Source: Candidatus Omnitrophota bacterium (GTDB lineage Bacteria > Omnitrophota > Gorgyraeia > Zapsychrales > Fredricksoniimonadaceae). Taken from it: a DNA stretch of 64,000 bases. The position numbers and the translations under genes are program-made. The stretch lies in assembly GCA_044225175.1 (NCBI GenBank), contig JBGAJA010000002.1, positions 600,991 through 664,990 on the forward strand, given 5' to 3'. Below, in pieces: positions 1 through 10,871 of the stretch. The first letter of the stretch is position 1; every line of letters begins with the position of its first letter. Under the pieces are notes generated by a model that did not search any database, was not told the origin of the DNA, and was given only the letters and a program-made list of their open reading frames with translations.

Positions 1-1
1 C

Positions 2-2626
2 ATGGCCCAAAGCCAAATGTCGAAATTCAGCGGTGAGTTTGAGACTATTTCTAATGCATTGAATGAATTGCAAAACAAAGAATCGCAAGGTCTTGTGCGC
101 TTGCAAGAATTTACAGATTTAATTGAACATGAAACTGTCCTTATTGAAGAACTGGAAGGTCAGATCAACGAAATTAAGTCCCAGCAAATTCGTTTGGATA
201 ATGATATTGAAGTTAATGTGCGTCAAATTGGTTTCAATGAAGAACGTCTAGGCAATATTGATCAAACAGCTCTTCGTTTGGAAGCAGACAAAAAAGCAGC
301 TGTGGAGCGTTGTGGCCTCCATCAAAACAAAATTGAAGAGATTAAGACACAGTTGACACTAATTGCAGAATCAATAGCCTCTTTAACCAGTCAGTTAGAT
401 GAGAAGCGTCGTGGTTTAAATGGTCTAATGGTTCTCATTGAAGAGGCTAATGCTTTCTTAAAAGGTTCTTCTGAGCAAATTTTTGGTTTTAATTCGGCGC
501 AAGTACGGTTAAAGAATCAATTAACTGAAAATATGAAGCGTGGCATGGAACAAAATGCCCGCAAAAGCCGTTTGGAGCAGGAAAACAGTAAGGTCAGCCA
601 GGAAAAGACCCAAGTCAGTCAAAGGTTTGAAGCGATCACATATGCCATCAAAGATGTTCAAGGCCAGCTTGATTCACAGTGGGTAACCTTAAATGCTGCG
701 CGATCCAATGAAGCTCAGTTAAAAGATAGGCTTTCTCAAAGTGAAGCTAAGATAGATGAATTGGAGAAATCCAAGCTCTTTTTACTGTCCCAAAAGGATT
801 TTATTGCCAGAATGCAGCGCCAATATCAGGATAACCCTGATCCTATCATTGAAGGTCGTTTCATAGCTCCTGTCAAACCTACGGAGCTCCAGACTGGTAT
901 TATCGGTAAGGTTAAAAGCATTCAAGAAGTAGAAGGCGGTTTCGAGATTATTTATGAAACTAAGTATGTTGAGCTTGATTTAGTCCATATGGATGATCGC
1001 ATTACGGCGATTGATGCTTCCTTAGTTAATGAAAACACAGAAAAAAACGGCTTAATTCAGTCACTTGGTGAAATTAACTCAGCTATTGAAGTGGTTTTAA
1101 AGGATATTCAACAGCAAGAAAAGAAGATTTCTGTTTTGGAAGCCCAAAAGAATGATATTGAACTTGAGACAGGAAAGATCGTCGGGGAACTAGACTTGAT
1201 TAGCATGGAATTTGGGCAAATTGAATCGGCTTTAGCTCAGTTGCAAGTGGAAGAATCTCAATTATCTTTAGAGTTACAGGGAATTGATGGTCAGATTAAA
1301 CTCATTGAACAAGATATTCAAATCAAGCAAGAGGATGTTTCTCGCAAACAAAAAGAACGTGAAGACTGGAATTTGGCTATTGTTCAGTTGCAAGAACAGC
1401 TAAATGCCCTTCAAAGTCAGCAAAATAATTCTCAAGAAAATTTAAATCTTCATTCCCAGAACTTAGAACGGGATCTTTCTGATATCAGTCGTTTTGATCA
1501 AGAATATGAAGAATCCGTGGCAAAAAAGATTAAGATTAATGAAGACATTGCTAGCTTAGAAGTTGCTATTGAACATTTAAGATCTAAAAAGGAAGGTCTA
1601 AACACTTCTTTGGATCAAAATGTGGGTCAAAAAGCGGAAATGTCCCAGCGATTAAATGGTATTCGTTTAAATGCCAAAGCTATTGAAGATGAAATCATTG
1701 AATCCAAGAGCCAATTACACAATCTTCAAATGCGCCAACAGGAATTACAGTTTAGCCAGCGTTCCTTGAAAGAACGTTTATTACAAAGCTACAAAATTGA
1801 TTGGGAACAATGGCAAGCCAATGGTTCTCCTGAACCACAGCCTCAAACGATGGAAGTCTCTGAAAATGGAGATGTTTCCTCAATTGGTGTGACAGTGCCC
1901 CCACCAGCACTTAATGAAGAAGAGCTGGCTCTTGAAATCGAACGTTTAAAGAAACGTTGTGAGTCTTATGGGGCTGTGAATTTGGTTGCCATTGAAGAGT
2001 TTGAAGAACTCAAGAGTAGGTTTGAATTTCTAACCAAACAGCAAAGTGACCTTTTGACTGCCCGTGAACAATTGATGGGCACTATCCAGAAGATTAATCG
2101 TACGACCCGTCAAATGTTTACAGAAACTTTTGCTAAAGTCAACGATGAGTTTCGTGTGTATTTTAAGACGCTTTTTGGGGGTGGTGAAGCTGAGTTAGTG
2201 CTTTTGGATCCTGAAAATGCGTTAGAGAGCGGTATTGATATTGTGGCTCGTCCTCCGGGCAAAAAATTACAAAATATTAGTCTTCTTTCTGGTGGGGAAA
2301 AGACATTGACTGCAATAGCTCTAATTTTTGGGGTATTTAAGGTCAACCCATCTCCATTTTGTGTGCTGGATGAAATTGATGCGGCCTTGGATGAAAGCAA
2401 TGTCGGTCGTTATGCCAATCTTTTGAAGGAATTTGCCAAAATTGCCCAATTTGTGGTCATCACCCATAACAAAAAGACCATGGCCGTAGCCGATATTATG
2501 TATGGGGTGACCATGCAAGAACGCGGTGTATCTAGAATCGTATCAGTTAAATTTAACGAACTTAATCCTCACACAGTTCCCGCAGGCGCTCCCAGAGCCC
2601 TTGAAACCGCAACAGTCACAGTATAA
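2..2626 (+). CDS. smc: Chromosome segregation protein SMC, C-terminal roughly 870 aa; the 5' end is cut by the window edge
   Basis: Long coiled-coil region. The C-terminal ABC signature LSGGEKTLTAIALIF is followed by the Walker B / D-loop CVLDEIDAALDE. The first M is internal to the ORF. Confidence 0.85.
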   Translation: MAQSQMSKFSGEFETISNALNELQNKESQGLVRLQEFTDLIEHETVLIEELEGQINEIKSQQIRLDNDIEVNVRQIGFNEERLGNIDQTALRLEADKKAAVERCGLHQNKIEEIKTQLTLIAESIASLTSQLDEKRRGLNGLMVLIEEANAFLKGSSEQIFGFNSAQVRLKNQLTENMKRGMEQNARKSRLEQENSKVSQEKTQVSQRFEAITYAIKDVQGQLDSQWVTLNAARSNEAQLKDRLSQSEAKIDELEKSKLFLLSQKDFIARMQRQYQDNPDPIIEGRFIAPVKPTELQTGIIGKVKSIQEVEGGFEIIYETKYVELDLVHMDDRITAIDASLVNENTEKNGLIQSLGEINSAIEVVLKDIQQQEKKISVLEAQKNDIELETGKIVGELDLISMEFGQIESALAQLQVEESQLSLELQGIDGQIKLIEQDIQIKQEDVSRKQKEREDWNLAIVQLQEQLNALQSQQNNSQENLNLHSQNLERDLSDISRFDQEYEESVAKKIKINEDIASLEVAIEHLRSKKEGLNTSLDQNVGQKAEMSQRLNGIRLNAKAIEDEIIESKSQLHNLQMRQQELQFSQRSLKERLLQSYKIDWEQWQANGSPEPQPQTMEVSENGDVSSIGVTVPPPALNEEELALEIERLKKRCESYGAVNLVAIEEFEELKSRFEFLTKQQSDLLTAREQLMGTIQKINRTTRQMFTETFAKVNDEFRVYFKTLFGGGEAELVLLDPENALESGIDIVARPPGKKLQNISLLSGGEKTLTAIALIFGVFKVNPSPFCVLDEIDAALDESNVGRYANLLKEFAKIAQFVVITHNKKTMAVADIMYGVTMQERGVSRIVSVKFNELNPHTVPAGAPRALETATVTV

Positions 2627-2747
2627 TTTTAAATAATATTTTTATCCAAAGAAAATGCTTTTCTTTTAAAGCCCTCTATGCTATAACTCTTTAAGTTTGA
2701 ATGAGATAAACGTTTTTAAAAATATAAAGAAAGTAGGGAGCGCTTCC

Positions 2748-2777
2748 TTGACATTGGCAGTTTTGAAATGTTATACT
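2748..2777 (+). promoter_or_regulatory. Candidate sigma70 promoter upstream of the cvpA-like/dnaG/rpoD unit (TTGACA, 18-nt spacer, TATACT)
   Basis: TTGACA lies at 2748-2753 and TATACT at 2772-2777, about 20 nt ahead of the 2795 start codon. Confidence 0.35.
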
Positions 2778-2794
2778 TCCCTTAAGTCCAAGAA

Positions 2795-3394
2795 ATGAAC
2801 ACATTTACACACTTTTTACAGAGCATTAATTGGGTTGATGTAGCAATGCTGGTTTTGTTTATTCGTGTGGTTTTTATCGGAGTCAAAACTGGTTTCGTTA
2901 CAGAGCTTTTCAAGCTTTTAGGAATTTTATCTGCGATTTTTGTAGGAATGCATTACTATTCCTCACTGACAGATTTTTTGATCCAAAGGACCGGCTGGTC
3001 AGTTAACTGGTTAGCTTTTTTGATTTTTGTCATATTAGTTTCTATTGTTGTAGTAGCCATAACATTCTTTCGAGAAGGCTTCTTTATTCTTTTTAAATTT
3101 GAAACCACGCATGCTGGATTAAATCAATGGGGCGGTGGTGTACTTTCAGTGATCCGGGCAGTTTTTTTGGCAAGTTTAATTTTATATGGTATCCTTTTGA
3201 GTAATGTGCAGGTTCTACAGAAACAGACGTTCACATCCGTTTCTCACAAAATAGTTTTAAAAGTAGCTCCAAACACATATGCTTTTATTTTTAATAATTT
3301 TTTAGGAAAGATTTTTGCAAAAGAGAAATTTAATGATCAGGTTTTTATTGTCGTGTCTCAAAATGGCAGTGGTGTTGTAAAGCGTTTGAAGTAA
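2795..3394 (+). CDS. CvpA-family (colicin V production-like) integral membrane protein
   Basis: Four predicted TM helices. The N-terminus INWVDVAMLVLFIRVVFIGVKTGFVTELFKLLG matches the CvpA pattern. The gene sits immediately upstream of dnaG. Confidence 0.5.
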   Translation: MNTFTHFLQSINWVDVAMLVLFIRVVFIGVKTGFVTELFKLLGILSAIFVGMHYYSSLTDFLIQRTGWSVNWLAFLIFVILVSIVVVAITFFREGFFILFKFETTHAGLNQWGGGVLSVIRAVFLASLILYGILLSNVQVLQKQTFTSVSHKIVLKVAPNTYAFIFNNFLGKIFAKEKFNDQVFIVVSQNGSGVVKRLK

Positions 3395-3410
3395 TTTCGA
3401 GGAGCAGGTT

Positions 3411-5192
3411 GTGGGGTTGATTGCGCAAGATATTATTCGGCAAGTCATTGACCGAGCAGATATTGTAGAAGTAATTGGTCGCTATACAGCAGTTAAAAAA
3501 GCAGGAAGTAATTTTAAAGCTCTTTGTCCGTTTCATCACGAAAAAACACCTTCTTTTGTCGTTAATCCCGATAAACAGATTTTCCACTGTTTTGGATGCG
3601 GGGCAGGCGGAAATGTGGTGGCATTTATCATGCGCCAGGAACGTCTCGAATTTCCCCAGGCAATACGATTTTTAGCTGAGATGGTAGGAATTGAGATCAT
3701 CGAAGATGATCAAGGAAGTACAAATCCAGCTAAAAAGCTAAAAGAAGAGATTTATAAAGTCAATGCGCTGGCGTTAGAGTTTTTTCATCAAACGCTTTTA
3801 ACAAGCCGTGAAGATAATGCCAAGATAGCACGGGATTATTTAAAAGCTCGCGGCATTGACCTTGAAACGGTTAAAAAGTTTCAATTAGGATTTGCACCCG
3901 ATGAATGGGACAGTTTGATCGGGTTTTTGAAAAGTAAAGCAGTACCATTAGATGTGATGCAGCAAGCAGGGCTGATTATAGCCCGTGAGAAAGGCGGCTT
4001 TTACGATAGGTTTCGTGGCCGCATTATTTTTCCGATTTTTGACATTCACAGCCATCCCGTTGCATTTGGGGCTCGCGCTTTAAATGAGACAGATGGTGCG
4101 AAATACATTAACTCCCCGGAAACGCCGGTTTATACCAAAGGCCGTCATTTGTTTGGCCTTAATTTGACCAAGTCTTCCGTCGGAGATATTGATCACATCG
4201 TGATTGTTGAAGGGTATATGGATATGATTATGCCCTTTGTCCACGGAGTGAAGAATATAGCGGCTTCTCTTGGAACAGCGTTGACTGTTGACCAAATTAA
4301 ATTGATACGCCGCTATACTTCCAATGTGATTATGCTCTTTGATACAGATCCCGCAGGTCAGGCAGCGATCATTCGTTCCCTTGATTTGCTCATTGATGAA
4401 GATATCAATGTGAAGGTCGCAACACTAGCTCAAGGTGAAGATCCGGATTCATTTATCCGGCAATCTGGTCTGGAGGCCTTTCAGGAGCGTTTAAAGCAGT
4501 CTCAGAGCTTGTTTGAGTACAAATTTAACTGGCTATCTGGCCAGATAGATCCTCAAACAATTGAAGGAAAAGACAAAATCTGTAAAGAAATGCTTTTAAC
4601 GATTGGCCGTTTTAAGAGTGAAGTGACTAAGTTCGAATTGAAGCGTCTTTTGGCGCAGAAATTAAATGTGCCGGAAGAAGTTATTACTAAAGAGTCTCAA
4701 AGTACGAATATTTCTTCATTGAAGCCAAAGGTAAGTGTTCCTGAAGTTCAACAGAAACCAAAGGGCACCAACTTAGCTCCAAAGTCTTACGAAGAACTTC
4801 TCATTGCTCTTTTTATCGATGATCACGAATGGGTCCTTCAAGCTAAGGATCGAGTTACATCGGAGGATTTTACTCCAGGCGTAACGCGGGATATTGTAGA
4901 GAAAATTTGGCAGATGACTGAAAATAACAGCCAGTGGGATATGCCCCAATTAATGACTGAGCTTCCACAGGAAGCTACTCAAAGTCTGATCGCCAAGTTA
5001 GTTAGCAATACTCAAGCTCGTACCGGTGATGTGGCAAGAATTTTTGAAGATTGCCTGGAGCGTATTTACAAAGAACGATTAAAGAAACAAAAAGAAGACT
5101 TATTACAACAAATTAAAGACGCGGAAAGTAACGCGGATCATACAAAGCTCGATCAATTACGAGCGCAATTTCACGAACTTATAAAAAAATAG
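3411..5192 (+). CDS. dnaG: DNA primase DnaG
   Basis: Zinc-ribbon [11 protein letters not shown]...CFGCG, then the TOPRIM region ([20 protein letters not shown]). GTG start with GGAG upstream. Confidence 0.9.
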   Translation: MGLIAQDIIRQVIDRADIVEVIGRYTAVKKAGSNFKALCPFHHEKTPSFVVNPDKQIFHCFGCGAGGNVVAFIMRQERLEFPQAIRFLAEMVGIEIIEDDQGSTNPAKKLKEEIYKVNALALEFFHQTLLTSREDNAKIARDYLKARGIDLETVKKFQLGFAPDEWDSLIGFLKSKAVPLDVMQQAGLIIAREKGGFYDRFRGRIIFPIFDIHSHPVAFGARALNETDGAKYINSPETPVYTKGRHLFGLNLTKSSVGDIDHIVIVEGYMDMIMPFVHGVKNIAASLGTALTVDQIKLIRRYTSNVIMLFDTDPAGQAAIIRSLDLLIDEDINVKVATLAQGEDPDSFIRQSGLEAFQERLKQSQSLFEYKFNWLSGQIDPQTIEGKDKICKEMLLTIGRFKSEVTKFELKRLLAQKLNVPEEVITKESQSTNISSLKPKVSVPEVQQKPKGTNLAPKSYEELLIALFIDDHEWVLQAKDRVTSEDFTPGVTRDIVEKIWQMTENNSQWDMPQLMTELPQEATQSLIAKLVSNTQARTGDVARIFEDCLERIYKERLKKQKEDLLQQIKDAESNADHTKLDQLRAQFHELIKK

Positions 5193-5217
5193 ATTTACCA
5201 ATCAATCGAGGGTTAAT

Positions 5218-6816
5218 ATGGCAGAACAAGTTAAAGACAGAGATATTCAAGGCGATTTGGATAAGTTGGTATCTTTAGGTAAAAAGAAGGGATTCTTGAC
5301 CTATGATGAGGTCAATGAAAGCCTTTCTGATACCGTTGACTCTTCTGAAAATATCGATCAAGTCTTCGATATCTTAGATGGTCAGGAAATCAAAGTTGTT
5401 GATTCTGACGAAGAAGCTGCAACTCCAGGTGAAGAAGCTGCTAATGAGGAAACTCGTGAACAGCAAGTTCGTCGTGTCAGAGAAGAAAACAAAGAAGAAG
5501 ACGTTTATTCTGACAAATTCATTCCTCTAGACGATCCTGTCAAAATGTATTTGAAACAAATGGGATCTATTCCTCTTTTAACACGCGAAGAAGAAATTGC
5601 TTTGGCTAAGCGTATTGAAGAAGCAGAAATGAAATTCGCTGAATCTCTTTTTAAGACATATTTTGCCCGCAAAGAAGCAATTGCTATGATCAATGCGGTT
5701 TTAAAAGAAGAGATGAACGCAGAAGATGTTATTAAGGATGAGTTGGAACGTCGTGGACGTTTAATTAAAGATTTAGGTAAGATTTTAGAGAAAGTACGTC
5801 ATACCCGTGTAGGATCCGACATCTCAGCAAAATCCATTGCTGAATTCAAATTGACATCTACTGTCAACGAAGACATCGTCGGAAAAATTACTGAAATCAT
5901 TGACAATATCGAGCGCATTGACCGTATTTTAAAGGCCAAGAAAAATGCTCTTAATGCTCCTGAATTTAAAAAGCAAAGAGAAGCTCTTTTAAAAGAATTA
6001 GGCGAACCTGTTGAACGTGTTAAAAATCAACTGCGCGAAATTAAAACACGTCAATCCCGTTTCAACAAAGCCAAGAAGCTTTTAGTTGAAGCTAACTTGC
6101 GTTTGGTTGTTTCGATCGCTAAGAAATACATCAATCGTGGATTGTCTTTCTTGGATTTGATTCAAGAAGGGAATATGGGTTTGATCCGCGCGGTTGAGAA
6201 GTTCGAATATAAGCGTGGTTACAAGTTCTCAACATATGCCACATGGTGGATTCGTCAGGCCATTACTCGTTCTATTGCTGATCAAGCCAGAACAATCCGT
6301 ATTCCTGTCCACATGACAGAAACAATCAATAAAATCATCCGTGTTTCTCGCGTGTTCGTTCAAGAATACGGCCGTGAGCCAACAGCTCAAGAAATTGGTA
6401 AAGAAATGAGATTACCAATCAGCAAGGTCAAAGAAATCTTAAAGATCTCTCAAGTTCCTATCTCTTTGCAAACACCTATTGGTGACGAAGGTGACACGCA
6501 CTTTGGGGATTTTATCGAAGATAAAAAAGCTGTATCTCCTGCAAACGCAACGCTTCATTCTATGCTTAAAGATGAAATTACATCTGTCCTACAGACATTG
6601 GATGAACGTGAACGTAAGATTTTGGAATTACGTTTTGGTATTCATGATGGCACAAGCCGTACGTTGGAAGAGGTTGGTGCTGAGTTTAGCGTCACCCGCG
6701 AACGTGTCCGTCAGATTGAATCCAAGGCCCTTCGCAAGCTTCGCCATCCCACACGAAGCCGTCGTATTAAGTCCTTCTTGGACATGGCTGCTAAAGATGG
6801 GGAAGTAATTATCTAG
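5218..6816 (+). CDS. rpoD: RNA polymerase sigma factor RpoD (sigma-70 / sigma-A)
   Basis: Region 2 ([73 protein letters not shown]), region 3 and the region 4 helix-turn-helix ([30 protein letters not shown]) are all present. It follows dnaG as in the macromolecular-synthesis operon. Confidence 0.95.
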   Translation: MAEQVKDRDIQGDLDKLVSLGKKKGFLTYDEVNESLSDTVDSSENIDQVFDILDGQEIKVVDSDEEAATPGEEAANEETREQQVRRVREENKEEDVYSDKFIPLDDPVKMYLKQMGSIPLLTREEEIALAKRIEEAEMKFAESLFKTYFARKEAIAMINAVLKEEMNAEDVIKDELERRGRLIKDLGKILEKVRHTRVGSDISAKSIAEFKLTSTVNEDIVGKITEIIDNIERIDRILKAKKNALNAPEFKKQREALLKELGEPVERVKNQLREIKTRQSRFNKAKKLLVEANLRLVVSIAKKYINRGLSFLDLIQEGNMGLIRAVEKFEYKRGYKFSTYATWWIRQAITRSIADQARTIRIPVHMTETINKIIRVSRVFVQEYGREPTAQEIGKEMRLPISKVKEILKISQVPISLQTPIGDEGDTHFGDFIEDKKAVSPANATLHSMLKDEITSVLQTLDERERKILELRFGIHDGTSRTLEEVGAEFSVTRERVRQIESKALRKLRHPTRSRRIKSFLDMAAKDGEVII

Positions 6817-6842
6817 TTTAGTTAGTGAGAAGATAATAAAAA

Positions 6843-6876
6843 AGCTACACTTGATCTAAAGTGTAGCTTTTTTATT
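6843..6876 (+). terminator. Rho-independent terminator after rpoD
   Basis: Stem AGCTACACT, loop TGATCTAA, stem AGTGTAGCT, followed by TTTTTTAT. Confidence 0.7.
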
Positions 6877-7059
6877 TGTTTATACAATTTTTCCTAAATT
6901 GAATAATATTTTCGAATTTTTAAATAAATATGTATAACTGTATTATTTCCAATAGATTACAATTATGGCAGAATATTTGTAAATTTGCTTTTTTATTGAT
7001 ATGTGCTATCCTTTCAAAGTAAACGCTTTCCCCACAATGCCATTTAGGAGAAGATTGTT

Positions 7060-10000
7060 ATGATTAAACAGTTAATTGCTTCTGTAATTATTTTTACTTT
7101 TAGCTGTACATCAATTACAGTTCCGCAAGTCAGAGCTGCCCTGCCATTACAATTACCAGTTCCAGGAACAATGGTTAATTTAAGCCCAGCTTATGAGCCA
7201 GCTATTATTAAAGGTTTGACTGTTCATAAAAATAATCCCTTCCTATTTGATTTTATCGTTGATGTCGGCCAGGACAAAATGTCTGGCGAACCTCTCAAAG
7301 CAGAAGGTGAGAAGCTCATTAAGTATTTTCTCGCCAGTTTAGCTATTCCTGAAAAAGATTTATGGGTCAACTTATCTCCCTATGAAAAAGATAAAACAGT
7401 ACCTGAAGCATTAGGGCAGACGGATATGGGTCGAGACCTTTTGGCCCAAGATTATGTTCTCAAACAGATGACCGCATCATTGATCTACCCTGAAAAAGAT
7501 TTAGGTAAGAAGTTTTGGGATAAAGTCTATTCTAAAGCCCAAGCCATGTATGGCTCAGCCCAAGTGCCTGTTAATACATTTAATAAAGTATGGATTATAG
7601 CCGATAAGGCAGAAGTGTTTGAACGCAATCAAACCGCGTTTGTGGTGGGATCTCATCTCAAGGTCATGTTGGAAGAAGACTATTTGGCTATGAACAAGAA
7701 CCTGATGCCAACCAGGGGACATGTGAAAGCAAGCCAAGGGAAAACGGCTAATGCCTTAGCAAGCCAAATCATCCGCGACATCATCCTTCCCGAACTGGAA
7801 AAAGAAGTCAATACGGGTAAAAATTTCGCTAATCTCCGTCAGATCTTTAACTCAATTATTCTTTCCAGCTGGTATAAGAAAAATCTTAAAAATGCCGTCC
7901 TTAATCAAGTGTATGCCAATAAAGCCAAAATCAAAGGCATAGATTTAAATGATCCTACAGTTACAGAACAGATTTATCAGCAATATTTAAAAGCCTATAA
8001 GAAAGGTGTATTTAATTATATTAAGGAAGCCCCTTCGACTAACACTCACGGTAAGCTAGATAGCCAAACAATTCCACGCAAATATTTTTCTGGTGGTCTA
8101 TCAATACAAGGCACAGCTGCCGCTAATCCTGCGGTGGTGAGTGATCCAGCAGTGTTGGCTAATTCTTTGTCTAAAGATAGAAGCTTGGTTAGTTTTGAAA
8201 CCGGTATTAATACGGGTTTAAAGAGCATGAACGCGGCAATGGTGGTCAATATTACTCCTAAAGCTGTTCTTGAATCAGGAGTTTTAGGGGAAGGAAAGGG
8301 TTTGGATGAGAAAATTGCTTCTTTAAGATCTATTGCAGAAGTTGCTTCTGTGACTGAAGGGCATAGTCCTTTCTCAGGAGCGCGGACAGGATCACGTGCT
8401 TTTAACTATGTTGAGTCAACTTTAGGAAAATTTGAAACGAGAATTAAATTAGATTTAGAATTAAATAAATCTTCTTTAGAAAAGTCTGAACAAGAACTAT
8501 TGCAACTTATATTGGACACTTACAATAAATTATATTTACAGCATCGAATTGGATATTTTCCAAGCATTGTAGATACCCAGAGCTATATTTCTGGGTTTGC
8601 CAAAAAAGGGTCAGATGATTCATTAAAGGATGCTTTAATTGGATTGTCCGATTTCTTTGGAGGGTTTGAGCCTCGTTCTCACATTGATGAACCAACTAAT
8701 TATTCTGATTCCAGTTATTGGATATTAGTCTTGGTAGGTTCTTTATTAGTTCAAACTGGAGAATCTAAAGCAGATGATATCCAAAATCTTCTGGCAAAGA
8801 TTCTTCCGGCATCAGCTGCTCGAGCGCATGACTTTCTATCTTCGCGAGTAACTGCAAAATCTTCGTCTAAAGGGTTATCTGCAAATGAGATTCTCGATTT
8901 CATTGACTCTGATAATAAAGATGGCATTAAAAGAATATTTCAAGAACTATTCTTTTGGTTTGCTAGTGAATGGTCGAGCGAACCTGTTCCAGAGATTGTA
9001 AAGGAAGCAGCTTCTTTAAGGCAAAAATATATTGGATTAATATTAAGCGGAAGGCTCACTCTGGAGGGTATTGAAAAATTAAAAGAATATGGGCTGCTTG
9101 AAAAGATTGTTGATGGTTTAACTTTGGATTTATTTATGATCCATTTATTAGACTTTACAAAATCCGAAAATATTATGGATTTTGAAAGATTGACCCAACT
9201 GTTATCGGGTGAGGCATTAATCAATATGGGCAAATATCTGACTAGAATAACAATAGAATCAAAAGATAAAGAAGAGCCATACGTTGCTGGCCTAGAGGAA
9301 ATGAAGGACGTCTTACGCGTTCTTGCTGAGAAGAGATTTGTTAATGATGCGGGTGTGCGTGAAATGATTTTAAGAGAACTTGATGAAGAAGCTTATCTTG
9401 AATCAAAACGACGTCTAGAAGAACGTATGAGACGTGTTTTAGCAAGTCCTCTCCCTACTCATATGACAATCTATGATGGAAAAGAGTCTCAACCTAAGGA
9501 AACACATAGCATTTTCCAACCTCAAGACTTTGATCAATATAGAGATATGATTTTAAAGGGACAAGTGGATGAAGTCGTTCGTTTACTTGCTGAGGAATAT
9601 GCCATTCATCATAAGCTTGCCTTATCTAGTTTTTTTGGGGCATTTAATGAATGGAGTTTTTCAAGAAAATACGAGATTTTTGAGAAAAACGAAATGTTTC
9701 TCTGGTTTCAATTGGCTGATAAGATTCAGCAATTTTATCAAAGTAAAGGTGAGCTTTTTTATTTTGACCCGATGCATGACTCTATGGGTATCAAGAGTAT
9801 GCTTTTATTAGGTTTTACGTCCAAGATCTATGATCCTAACTGGAGAAAATTAATCACGGAGTTTTTGAATAATAAAATTAGCCCATGGAATTATAGTCAA
9901 GATTTTCGCAGGCAGTTTGCTGAAGAATTTGCAACAAGAATAAAAGAGAATTATGGGGTGTTGATGGAATCTAGGTCTCATGACGTGCTAGTAGAGAAAG

Positions 10001-10812
10001 AGGGTCTTCCAGTATTTTCTATACGTACAGCCCCTGAGGATGCTAATAACATTGTAAATATATTGCGTAAAGTTAATGCCATTTATGGTTCGGATGAGCT
10101 GGGAACAAATTTTAATGGTCTTTTAGATGCTATAGCACCATTTTATTCCACAGGTGATTCTTCTAATTCATCAGGAGGTGCCGATGAGGCAATGGTGACG
10201 GCACGCGCGTCATCAACTAAGGCAGTCAAGCCTAATTTCTTAACGGCAACTCTTCGTTTAAACAGGACGGAATTGCGTTCTACTATTCTACAAGACTTCG
10301 GATTCTCCGTTTCAGAACTTTTTGAGTTGAATCCTAGAATCAACAAAGATGATGGGTTTCTTAGAGAAGGACACTTTGTTAATATTAGGGTTAATAAGAG
10401 GACTCTAAGGCGTCTTATTAAGGCGGGGGTTGGAACATGGCAACAGCTTCAGGAAGGATCATTTCATACAAGTAGAGGTGTTCTTACAGAATTTCATGAA
10501 AATGGTGTTGCGATATCTTCTTATGAGGACTTGGTTAAAGAATTAGAGTCTTCCGACGCAGCGATGACAAAGAAAGAAGACGTTACGCGTGGGGGTATCG
10601 ACTTAAATACGTCTAGTGGTATGCAGTGGAAGATTGGCAAGGTTGGCAAAGGTGTTGAAATGGATATTGATCCTGCTATGATTCAGAAGATTCAACGGGA
10701 AGGGATTGATTGGGCGGTGCCTGTCATTTTAAGGATGACTCCAGTTGCAAGCATTTGGCCTCTGGTAGGACTGCAGGCGCCTTTCAAAGAGAAACGTTTA
10801 GCTAGAATTTAA
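7060..10812 (+). CDS. Large secreted protein (1250 aa), paralog A of a giant-protein family. It has a signal peptide, a conserved N-terminal module and a conserved C-terminal GGIDL module.
   Basis: Signal peptide MIKQLIASVIIFTFSCTSITVPQVRA. Residues about 26-350 are highly similar to the N-terminus of the 2725-aa protein at 29458 (PGTM..LS.AY.P..IKGL.VH..NP.LFDF, KLIKYFLASL.IPEKDLWVNLSPYEKD, LIYPEKDLGKKFWDKVY, NALA.QIIRDIILPELE, KIYQQYL.AYKKGVFNYIKE, IPRKYFSGG). The last roughly 70 aa are also shared. RBS AGGAGAAG. Confidence 0.7.
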   Translation: MIKQLIASVIIFTFSCTSITVPQVRAALPLQLPVPGTMVNLSPAYEPAIIKGLTVHKNNPFLFDFIVDVGQDKMSGEPLKAEGEKLIKYFLASLAIPEKDLWVNLSPYEKDKTVPEALGQTDMGRDLLAQDYVLKQMTASLIYPEKDLGKKFWDKVYSKAQAMYGSAQVPVNTFNKVWIIADKAEVFERNQTAFVVGSHLKVMLEEDYLAMNKNLMPTRGHVKASQGKTANALASQIIRDIILPELEKEVNTGKNFANLRQIFNSIILSSWYKKNLKNAVLNQVYANKAKIKGIDLNDPTVTEQIYQQYLKAYKKGVFNYIKEAPSTNTHGKLDSQTIPRKYFSGGLSIQGTAAANPAVVSDPAVLANSLSKDRSLVSFETGINTGLKSMNAAMVVNITPKAVLESGVLGEGKGLDEKIASLRSIAEVASVTEGHSPFSGARTGSRAFNYVESTLGKFETRIKLDLELNKSSLEKSEQELLQLILDTYNKLYLQHRIGYFPSIVDTQSYISGFAKKGSDDSLKDALIGLSDFFGGFEPRSHIDEPTNYSDSSYWILVLVGSLLVQTGESKADDIQNLLAKILPASAARAHDFLSSRVTAKSSSKGLSANEILDFIDSDNKDGIKRIFQELFFWFASEWSSEPVPEIVKEAASLRQKYIGLILSGRLTLEGIEKLKEYGLLEKIVDGLTLDLFMIHLLDFTKSENIMDFERLTQLLSGEALINMGKYLTRITIESKDKEEPYVAGLEEMKDVLRVLAEKRFVNDAGVREMILRELDEEAYLESKRRLEERMRRVLASPLPTHMTIYDGKESQPKETHSIFQPQDFDQYRDMILKGQVDEVVRLLAEEYAIHHKLALSSFFGAFNEWSFSRKYEIFEKNEMFLWFQLADKIQQFYQSKGELFYFDPMHDSMGIKSMLLLGFTSKIYDPNWRKLITEFLNNKISPWNYSQDFRRQFAEEFATRIKENYGVLMESRSHDVLVEKEGLPVFSIRTAPEDANNIVNILRKVNAIYGSDELGTNFNGLLDAIAPFYSTGDSSNSSGGADEAMVTARASSTKAVKPNFLTATLRLNRTELRSTILQDFGFSVSELFELNPRINKDDGFLREGHFVNIRVNKRTLRRLIKAGVGTWQQLQEGSFHTSRGVLTEFHENGVAISSYEDLVKELESSDAAMTKKEDVTRGGIDLNTSSGMQWKIGKVGKGVEMDIDPAMIQKIQREGIDWAVPVILRMTPVASIWPLVGLQAPFKEKRLARI

Positions 10813-10837
10813 ATCTTCAAAAATGTATTGATGACAA

Positions 10838-10871
10838 AAGAGAGTAATCTTAAAAAAGGTTGCTCTCTTTT
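10838..10871. terminator. Possible bidirectional hairpin between the convergent 1250-aa gene and gspD
   Basis: AAAGAGAG, a 16-nt loop, CTCTCTTT, then a T-rich tract. It abuts the gspD stop. The loop is large, so this is weak. Confidence 0.3.

Noticed and set aside
2110-2518. Two minus-strand ORFs (96 and 65 aa) inside smc
   Set aside because: They are fully embedded antisense to a strongly supported SMC coding region, with no motifs. These are typical spurious ORFs of AT-rich DNA.
3475-3675. 66-aa plus-strand ORF inside dnaG in another frame
   Set aside because: It overlaps the primase zinc-finger region in a different frame, with no RBS and no conservation pattern.
6479-6808. 109-aa plus-strand ORF overlapping the 3' end of rpoD
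   Set aside because: It is in an alternative frame of sigma-70 region 4 and is a frame artefact.
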